Assembly: GCA_965644295.1 (NCBI GenBank)
Contig: CBFFRP010000654.1
Coordinates: 1-19,530 of the forward strand
Source of the DNA: Paraphysomonas bandaiensis
Lineage: Eukaryota; Protista; Chrysophyceae
Reading direction: 5' to 3'
Length of the DNA stretch: 19,530 nucleotides
Part shown: in pieces, positions 9,740 to 19,000 of the stretch
Layout: every line of letters begins with the position of its first letter
Position numbering within the stretch: the stretch's first letter is position 1
Position numbers and translations under genes: made by a program
Notes under the pieces: generated by a model
Told to the model about the DNA's origin: nothing
Databases searched by the model: none
The model's input: only the letters and a program-made list of their open reading frames with translations

Positions 9740-12700
9740 ATGTTAACGGATGCTAGGTCCTTATGGTACTCTGCTAGTAACGTGTTGCAAAGTTTGAATG
9801 ATAACATCACTAATGCTCTGGAAACATTCGATCAGATAGATGAAGATGATGAGGAGGCCAAGTCGGAGTCGGAGATTTATAAGAAACTGCTTGATGATGC
9901 GCAGATGCAGCACTTTGAGCTGTCAAAGCAGTTTCGTGTACTTGTAGCTGAGAAGGACTCTGAGATCGAGGTATGGAAATCGAAGTGCTCCGAGCTTTCT
10001 GGTGGGGATGTATCAGAAAGCGATGTTAAGGCTAGTATTGACTCAGCCAAGTTGGAGGCGGAGCTTTCTGTTTTAAAATCTGCGATTAGTGAAATGGAAG
10101 ATGTGCTGAAAAGCTCACTCCACGAGAAAAATGAGTTGACGGCAAAGCTGATAAAGTACCCTGAGTTAGTTTCTGAGGTTGAGGAACTGCGGAGCAGACT
10201 AGCGGACACTATTTCCTCCAGTGGCGAGAATGATGCCAAGAAGACAGGAGAAATCGATGATTTAGTAGCAGAGTATTCGATGTTGGCAGCAGAGTCAGAG
10301 AAGCAGAAAAGTGCGGATAGCCTGCGCATCCGAGAGTTGGAGCTTGAAAATGAAGTTCTGGTTACGAAGATGCATGCGTTGGAACATAGCATTACGGAGC
10401 TCGCAGACCGATCTGTTACAAGTAGGTTATCTGTGTGTTCTGTCTGCTAAACTGCCTCCTTTCAATTTGTGTGCATCGATTACTTAATATTGAGTATTTT
10501 TATGATTTTTGTAGCTTCGTCTACCCCTCCCTCCCCTGTTAAACCTCAGAATAACATACCTCCTGCGCCATTATCTGGAGGAGAAACTGCTCAGCAAGTG
10601 AAGGAGCTGCGAGCCAAAATTGTAAATCTCGAATTCGATCTCAGTGAGAAGGAAGAAAAAATGCAAGAGTTACAGATGGCCCTGAAGAAGAGCAAGGAGG
10701 CCGGTAATATAAATTAAACATGATATTGATTCACATTTGGCTGGCTAACGGAAGGCATAGGTGACGGCGCGAGTAGTTCTTCTGATACCGGTGTATCTGC
10801 TGAGCAGCTCAGGACTCTCCAGAACTCCCTTTCCAAGCGTGTGGACGAAATTGCAAACCTTCAACAGGACGTGACGCGACTACAAGTAGAGAAACAAGAA
10901 GCAGAGGATGCAGGGAAAAAGTTTTACGAACAGCTTCGGGCTCTGCAGCGGGAGTCAGACAGTGAACGCAAAAAGTCCGAGAATGAGGCATCGTCACTTG
11001 AGGAGGCACAGGAACTTAGAAGACAATTGGAAAATGCCCGGAATGAGATGGAAAGTATCAAAGAAGAGTCTGAGAGACGTATTCAGGAGCTATTGGAAGA
11101 AGGTCGGACAGATCGTGCCGCAGCTTTGGCAACTGTTCAGGTGGTATTGATGAGTTTTTGCTGCTTTGGACCTCAGATTGTGTATTCGCACACATTCAGG
11201 AGGAAGTGGATTCACTTAAGGCTGATATCTCTACACTGCAGTCAGAGAAGAGTACTTCAGAAAATAAGTTGCAGCAGAAGATAGAGGAGCTAAGCTCTGA
11301 GTTGTCAGAAGCTACGCAGGAATTGGAACGTGTTAAAGCAGCTCACGCTAATGAGCTGGACTCGGTCAAGGAGGAGGTTGAAAAGGCCATGCTCTCATCA
11401 ACTGATGAGGCATTAAAGAGCAAGATCGATGAGCTGACGGCTAGATACGAAGAAAAACAGAGAGAGGTTTTCAGCTGACCGCTTGCAATATGCACCTCAC
11501 TTGAAATTGTATAGCTCTCTGCAGGTCATGTGCAGGCTCTCGCTGAATCGGCTAGGGAGGTGGAACGCTTGAAGAATAATATCTCTGAGCTTGAAGACAA
11601 GATAACAACATTACAGAATCAGCATGACTCTGCGCTAAAGGAGTGTGAAGATCGTATTCGAGCTGAAGGAGTAGATCTTGCTAGCCAGCAGGTTTCGTCT
11701 ATCATCGGAGTAAGATTAGGCTTCATTTTCCCTTATGTAGGTGGAAGCAGCAAAGGCCACCGCATTGGAAGAAAAGAATATTGCTCTGGAAACTCAAAAA
11801 ACGGAGCTGGAAGAGAATGCACTTGGTCGTATCAAAGATGCGATCGCAGAGCAGATAGCTCTGCATGAACAGGCCATAATTGATGAAAGAGGGCGACTTA
11901 ACGAGGAAAAGTTAGTTCTCATCTTGTTATCTTGCTGACTGATCATATATGATAATATAGAGCTGAAGCCATGCGTCAGCAAGAGTCGGAGATGCTTGCA
12001 GCGACAGAAATTCGCATTGCAAACATGCAGGAAGCTCATGAGAAGACTCTATCTGATCTGAAAGCAGAATGTGACGCCGCCCTCGCAAAGGCAGTGGAGA
12101 ATGAGCGCAAGGAATGCGAGAAGGCGCTGGACGATGCCAAGAAGAGTGCAGAAGAAGAGAAGAGGGCGCTTGAGACGGCTCATAAGGCTACACTTGAGAC
12201 TCTGCATCAAGAAATGGCTACAATTAAAAACCAGCTGGATAATATTGAAGCAATGTGAGTGTCAGTGAAATATATTTGTTGTTTCGATTCACTTCAAGGT
12301 AGTCACACTGAGAAACTGGAGGCTGCACTTTCTGAGTTACGTGTGGCAAAGGATGCGGAGCGAGATGCAGCCCTCGAGGCTCTACGAGTCGAAATGCAGA
12401 CTCTAGTTGATTCCGCCTATGCTGCCCGGGATGAGTATTTAGCTCTGTATACGAAGGTTAACTTATATTACTACTCTTCTTGAGTGCGTTCTGACCATAC
12501 ATTAGGAAAACAAAGCCAGGAAGGCTATTCACAACAAGCTGATGGAGATACAAGGTAATATCAGGGTGATCTGCAGAGTGCGACCTATCCTCGAAGTAGA
12601 GCACAAGTCAGGTGGTGGGAAATGATAAAATAATATTAGGATATGTTACCTTTCGTTTCCCAGGGGAGGATGTAGATGTGACTGAGATACTCTCCGATGA

Positions 12701-13915
12701 GGACATTGTTATTCATCGCGACTTGAGCACAAAGAATCGATTTGAATTCGATAGAGTGTTTGCACCTTTGTCGAGACAAGAAGAGGTATTCGAAGCTGTA
12801 CAGCCCCTGGTGGTGAGTGTACTGGACGGGTACAATGTCTGCATATTCGCCTGTAAGTAAACTTCGTATCATGATTCCGTCTGTAATCTCTTTACTAGAC
12901 GGTCAGACAGGTTCTGGAAAGGTATGTCTTGTCTGAAACTGCGTTGATGTTGTTCAATTAGTCGATAGACTTTTACTATGGAAGGATATGGCACCGACAT
13001 TGGAGTATCACCCAGGGCAATTTCAGAACTGTTCAGAATTGTACAGGAATGCTCGGAGGATTGGTCGTACACAGTATGGATCTCACCACTTAACGATTAT
13101 TGTTTATGACTTTTTCTGATTCAGATTACATTCAGTACGCTAGAAATTTACAACGAGAGCATTCGAGACTTACTCGACAGCAGCGGAAACAAAGATAAAC
13201 TTGATGTCCGCCAGACACCTGAAGGAAATGTTGTGGCTGGACTTACGGAAATTGAGGTGACCAGCCCGGAACAGGTGCTGGAACTCATGTCGCAGGGCCA
13301 GAGAAATCGTGCTGTAGGCGCGCATGACATGAATGAGCACAGCAGTCGTAGTCATTCTATCCTCACTCTTACGTGTCGCGGAAAGAGTCTCCGGGATGGA
13401 AGCAGCACGTTTGGTAAGCTACACATGATTGACCTGGCGGGATCTGAGCGTGTGGGCAAGACGGATGCCACGGGTGATAGACTCAAGGAAGCGCAGAACA
13501 TCAATCGTTCTCTCAGTGCACTTGGAGATGTGATAAATTCTCTCGGGAGCAAGAAAGCTACACACGTGCCTTACCGAAATTCGAAGTTGACATTTTTGTT
13601 ACAGGTTCAATGTTGATTCTTCAGTCGATGCTTGTGTAATGTGTTTTCCAGGATTCTCTTGGTGGAAATTCTAAGGTGTTGATGTTTGTCAATATATCCC
13701 CAGCAGTATACAACGTGGGAGAGTCGATATGTTCTTTGAATTTTGCTGCTAGATGTCGAAATGTTGAGCTCGGTCAGGCCAGAAAACAGGACGATGGTCC
13801 ACGGTCATCCCGTAAAATTGCCGCAGGCTCCGCCTCTTCGGACTCTACTCCGGTGAAATCCTCTTTGTCCAGCAGCAGGCGCATTTCTTCGACAACCCCG
13901 TCCGTTAGAAAGTAA
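9740..13915 (+). CDS. Kinesin-14 family motor (KIFC3/KCBP-like C-terminal motor) with long N-terminal coiled coil; predicted exons 9740-10421, 10515-10703, 10761-11140, 11200-11466, 11515-11691, 11741-11910, 11961-12254, 12303-12456, 12506-12611, 12664-12852, 12899-12921, 12969-13073, 13125-13604, 13652-13915; about 1159 aa
   Basis: Kinesin-14 neck [31 protein letters not shown]-loop YGQTGSGKT, LEIYNE, switch I NEHSSRSH, switch [27 protein letters not shown]. 13 GT-AG introns (46-59 bp, one 93 bp) join into a 3480-nt frame. The start codon and some coiled-coil junctions are less certain. Confidence 0.92.
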
Positions 13916-14380
13916 TTCCTCATACCAGTCGAGATATATTGGTGTTGCAATGTAGTTCATATGATGAAATCCATATAGATGTTGCCCCTGGCATTTTTGA
14001 CCGCGCAGATGATATTTTCGTCTCAGATAGGTATAAGTAATAAGAGGCAATTCGCTATTTCTCCGATAGGTATACTCTACACCACCCAAATCTTCAAAAT
14101 GAATCCAGATACTTATGGGTTTTGATCTCGCTGAATTATGATATATTTGGAGAAAACACCCTTTTCGAATGGATATATTACTAAAGCTAACCTCTAACTA
14201 TGTAACCCTTAAAATTTCTTCGTAGCACGCAATGTTTAGTTTTGCAAACAATTAATATTGAAGGTCTTGTTATCTAGCAATAGGCGTTAAAAACTCATGC
14301 CAATATAGTGGCTAGTTGAATGCTAGACATACTAGTTAGACCTCTACCCATAACTATTCAGCACAAATTCTATTTTCCTA

Positions 14381-14443
14381 CTATTTAGCGCTACAGTAGC
14401 TGCTTGTGTGTCACCGCAAGCACCAAGGTGCGACCACTTCCGT
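14381..14443 (-). repeat. Conserved hairpin motif, copy 3
   Basis: Same core with loop GTGA. Lies at the 3' end of a putative LINE remnant. Confidence 0.85.
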
Positions 14444-15005
14444 TCTTGATGTTGTTTGTGAGTTTCGCCCTGCTCGTGTGTCTTAGGACTCGCTGGCGCA
14501 TGTTGTCCGGAGGTCTCCCCTTGGGATAAGGCTCCACCAGGCTCTGAGGCACAGGGTTATGCATTAAGGTCCTGAGTGTACCGAGCACTAGATGTGCGTG
14601 CTGAGAGGTGGGTGGTATGGTGGTATGTGGCGTTGTCGCCGTGCACCGTTTGAGCGTCGCGCATATGTGTAGTTACCGGAGACGGCGTCGCTGTCTAGGG
14701 CCTGATGACGTCATGCGGTCCGGTGCTATGGTCCTACGTGTATGAGTGGGGGGGTTCCTATGTGTGGTGGGCGGTGTTCCAGTCTCGGTTCGTCTGTGGA
14801 TTCCTAGTAATCGTAGCACCCTTGGGCGTTTCCATTTCTGTCTATGTTTTGGACGAGGTCGAGGTAGTAGCCTAGGGGGTCCTTTCTGTAGGGTAACGTA
14901 TCGCCTACTTCGATCTTGGATCATTAGCTTTGCTGCAGCGAAAAGCGGTAGAAGCAATCTGATGACCGCTGATTCGATGTTGCGTAGTCCTTGGGGTGTC
15001 AGTGA
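14381..15005 (-). mobile_element. Putative 5'-truncated 3' remnant of a non-LTR retrotransposon
   Basis: Minus frame open 15005-14673 (SLTPQGLRNIESAVIRLLLPLFAAAKLMIQDR, then an R/P/T-rich tail). Same A/C-rich minus-strand bias as the left LINE, and it ends in the hairpin motif. No catalytic motif is visible. Confidence 0.45.
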
Positions 15006-15020
15006 CTAATTATTAAGAGT

Positions 15021-16000
15021 TGTAGTCCTAAGGTATTTGAAGTGTGAACGTTACATATATATTTGAAGATGTCTATATATATAAGATATAAGATCGAATG
15101 CTATTGATTTTGGTAGTTGAGACAACATGAATTTAGCGAACGGTACTGATCATAGTTATAAGTAAAGCATTATTGTGTGCATTGTAATTTAACTAACTAG
15201 TGCTAAATTCTGATATCCTACTACTAATAAAGAGGCTTGTGCGTTACCCGCAAGCACCAAGGTAAAACCACTATATAAACCCAATAACAATACAGCAACT
15301 AGTACTCTTTTAGTATTTCATCTCTTCGTCACTGTCGTTCTTACTGTTGTTGTACTGAATATATGTTTGGTCGATCGATAATGGGTGTCAAGCTAACTAA
15401 CGCAGCAGCATCGTTTCTTACATTTTCCACTTCGACGGCCTTATCCAGTTGTGGCGATGTCGGATGATTGAGTGTCATCCATATGGGTATCAGTAGACAT
15501 ATCCTCTTTATCCATGCTTGCACTGGATAGTAGGTAGATAGATAGCGCTTAATTTCACTAACACTTAACTGTGCTGATTATATCCTTTTATCTTATAATT
15601 CTGCCCTATCTAAAAACTCGTATAACTTAGCCTATTTCTCCATAGCAGTTCTAGAAATGGGTTTCTAGCCATAAATAGCTAGTTTCCACTTCCAGAAATA
15701 TCCTTACAGTAATCTCTTATCATCCTACTATCTACTCCATACTGTCTCATATAACGTTTACATACTACTCATACTACCATAATACTGTACGGGCTACATT
15801 AAACGTCCGTTACGTCCGTATGTACGGATAGTCCCGGTACACTCCAACCCTGTATCTGACCTTAATACTCATGTCTCGTGACCTTGTCTTAACCATCTTC
15901 TACCTCTTATCTCATGTTGTTTCTTATACTACTTCACCTTGGCTCTCATATCACAACAACCTTATAACCCACCATTTCCACTACACCCAAGATTGCTACA
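15021..16000 (-). repeat. Predicted 3' LTR (about 980 bp)
   Basis: Begins TGTAG right after the PPT (16000). Candidate end is CTACA at 15025-15021, a 5-bp terminal inverted repeat. The 16000 end is well supported; the 15021 end is tentative because the 5' LTR is outside the window. Confidence 0.6.
15235..15271 (-). repeat. Conserved hairpin motif, copy 4 (shorter)
   Basis: GTGGTTTTACCTTGGTGCTTGCGGGTAACGCACAAGC on the minus strand. Loop is (G)GTAA. Lies inside the predicted LTR. Confidence 0.8.
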
Positions 16001-16010
16001 CTTCCCCCCT
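16001..16010 (-). promoter_or_regulatory. Polypurine tract (PPT) of the Gypsy element
   Basis: Minus strand reads TAG (stop) GGGGGAAG then TGTAGC. The purine run AGGGGGGAAG directly abuts the LTR-start TG. Confidence 0.85.
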
Positions 16011-19000
16011 AATCCGAGACCTGAATAGGTCTCTCGACATAACTGTCGGGTTTCATATTAGTCGCATGTACCCTTACAGTCTTACCATTAATCATAGTCT
16101 CATACAATACTGGGTTAATCCTCTTCGTCACCTTGTATGGACCCTCAAATCTTGGTTGTAACTTCATGGACACCTTATATTTCTCTTTATCCGATGCCGA
16201 TGAAAATGCTCTTACTGGACATCTCCTTCTGAAGAATAGATCCCCAACCTGGTACTCCTTAAACGGTAGATGTCTTATCTTACAATCCTTCCTTCCCTCT
16301 TCATGCCGTATCTCTGCCGCATGAGTGTGAGTGTCTCTATTCATCCTCAACCAATTGTTCCTCGTCCTCTGAGTAGTAACTACCCATGCCCACTGCAAAG
16401 CTGTAGTTAACTTATCTACCCAAGCCTCATCTACGTCCCGTTCTTCACCCATTACACTATTCTGCTCCTCTAGTTCACACATTCCCACTCTCTCAGGTGT
16501 AGATGACTCTCTTCCAAACATCATATAAAAAGGTGTATATCCTGTAGCAGCATTTACCGTTGAATTATACATCAGTTGCACCGTTGTCAAGAAAACATCC
16601 CAATCAGATTGTCGTGCATTAATGTAATGGTGTAGTTGGTCCTTCAATGTCTTGTTCATATTCTCTACCAACCCATTAGATCTTGGATTCTGTGGTGTAG
16701 TACATACTCGGTGAATTCTATACAACTCAGCTAATTTCGTATCCAACTGGTTTCTAAACTCCCTTCCTCGATCGGATACCACCATCTTTGGTACTCCAAA
16801 TGCATTATACACCTCTTTCACTAGAGCTTGCGCTACACTTTCAGCTTCCTTATCTGCCAATGGGAATAACCATACAAACTTGCTCTTAGAATCCTTACAC
16901 ACCAATATATGCTTGTTGCCATTATCTGTCTCTGGAAGGTCCACTACCAAGTCGATATGTAATCTTTCCATGGGTTCCTTAACCTCCGGATACTCCATTG
17001 TCGGGACTTTTGGCCTCCTGTAGTACGCCTGTCTAAGCTTACATGATATACAAGTCCTACAGTGCACACCCAACTCTTCTTTCATGTTTTCCCCATAGTA
17101 ATGCAGAGCCATGGTATTCACTGCTCTCGTTGCTCCTGCATGTCCTAGACCTTCATGAAAGATCTTAATACATGTACGCTTTAACCTCTCAGGTACCCAT
17201 CTTTGCCATATAGTCCTTCCCGCAGGTGTCCATCGTCTATGGATTCCATATACTCCTTCACCCATATCGCGCTTGCTTATGACCAAACCTTTTTCCACTT
17301 CTTTAACTTCTCCTTCGTTCATCTCTTTGTCCCATTCTCTTAACTGTTCATCTCTCATCTGTTCCGCTCTCCATTGTAAAGGTGTCGTCGGCCACTTAGC
17401 ATCATCATCCTCATGTTCTACATCATATAAGTCTGTCAGCATCAAAAGTCCTGAAGGTCCATGTACATAGAACGGGTCATCGTCATACTTGTGCGCCTTT
17501 CCTGTCAACGACCTACGATATCCCAACACTGCCTTCTCCGAATGTGAATAGAAAATCTTCTGCACCTCATACAGTTGCCCATTCTCATCATCTATAAACT
17601 TCTTTCCCACCAAATATTGCAACTTTTCGGCCAACTCCGGACACTGCAGCTGATTATCATACACATATTTCTCTTCTTCTAACTCGCTTAGGCCTTGTAC
17701 CGCCTCCTTGACTCTTATCGCTTTAGTCTTTGCCGCCTCCCCTACTTGCTCTTCACCATTTCCTGGTGTCTCTTCGACCGTCTTCTTACTCCGTTCTCCC
17801 CTCTGTTCCTGGATCTTCTTCCTCCTACTCTCTTGCTGAATCTTGGCAGACTGTTCTGATGTCAACAAATGCAGCCGATCTTTCCAATACTCCACTCCAT
17901 ATGATAAAAAGATCTCGTCTCCCGGTCTAATCGTTGTGGTCGCTATCACCAACAATTTCTTTCCCTTCACTTTTACTCTCGCATTCACCAACGAATCATC
18001 AATAGGGTCGTTGCAATACCTCCCATAACAACTATTCCTGTCTCTAGCGTCTATATATGCATACTCTCCTCCCCCCATAGGTACTGAAAAGACGTAATCC
18101 TTATCATACTCTTCTTTTTCTATTTCATCCTGTGATGGTCTCTCACCCTCATAATCACACACTATGGACCCTTCCTTCATATACTTCGTCGCGAATAGTC
18201 CTTCGCCTGCTCCTTCGATTGTCGACTTCAACACTTTCACTCTATTATATCCCTTCTTTCTCTTCCGTCTCATATCACTCAAATCTTCTGGACTATCCAA
18301 CGTCTCCCAATCGGCCCTATGTGGTGCTTCCCTCACCGGCTCTATTCCTTTCTTCTTTGGTCTCAACACTCTATCCGATTTTCCAAACCTCTTCAAATAC
18401 TTCTTCATATTCTCTTCACCTTCCATCTTACTTCCCATATTCCTTCTCCTAGTCAGTGCATTTATTATCTTGATCACTTCTTCTTCATCTTTGTTCTCTT
18501 GTTTTTCTTTATCCTGACTCCTCTCAGGTGTCTTCTTTTTTCTCTTCTGTGCCCTCTCTATCATCTTACGTCTCTTCATCTCTAAGTCTTTAGCCAACAA
18601 TAGATCTTCCTCTGTTACCGTTCCTTTATCCCATTCTAGATCATCAGCAGTAAGGTATACTGGTTCTTCCCCTCGTTGTAGTAGCCTTGACACTGCATCC
18701 GCATCCATATGCTTCGTTCCTTGCTTATAGTGTAGTCTAAAACTTAAACCCATCAAATCCAGTAGATATCTCATCAACCTTCCATTGTTAGAAGCCGTTT
18801 GTCCCTTGTACATGTATACCAGGCAATTGTGATCGGTATACACATCCACCTCTAACGCCCCCCTTACATACACATCCCAGTACATCAAACAGTCATGTAA
18901 TGCCTTGCACTCTATCTCCGTCGGTGCATATTCTCTCTCCGTTGCCGTCAATCCTTTACTCCAATAGCCAACTGGTCGTCTATTCTCTTCTTCATCTGGC

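Noticed and set aside
9877-10392. 171-aa minus-strand Ser-rich ORF
   Set aside because: Antisense shadow of the kinesin coiled-coil exon.
5897-15271. Hairpin motif copies as CRISPR repeats or group II intron domain V
   Set aside because: The copies are dispersed, not regularly spaced, in eukaryotic DNA. The DV-like bulged hairpin lacks the AGC triad and full lower stem.
16009-16200. Chromodomain at the integrase C-terminus
   Set aside because: The ORF ends about 40 aa after GPY/F, with no chromodomain motif.
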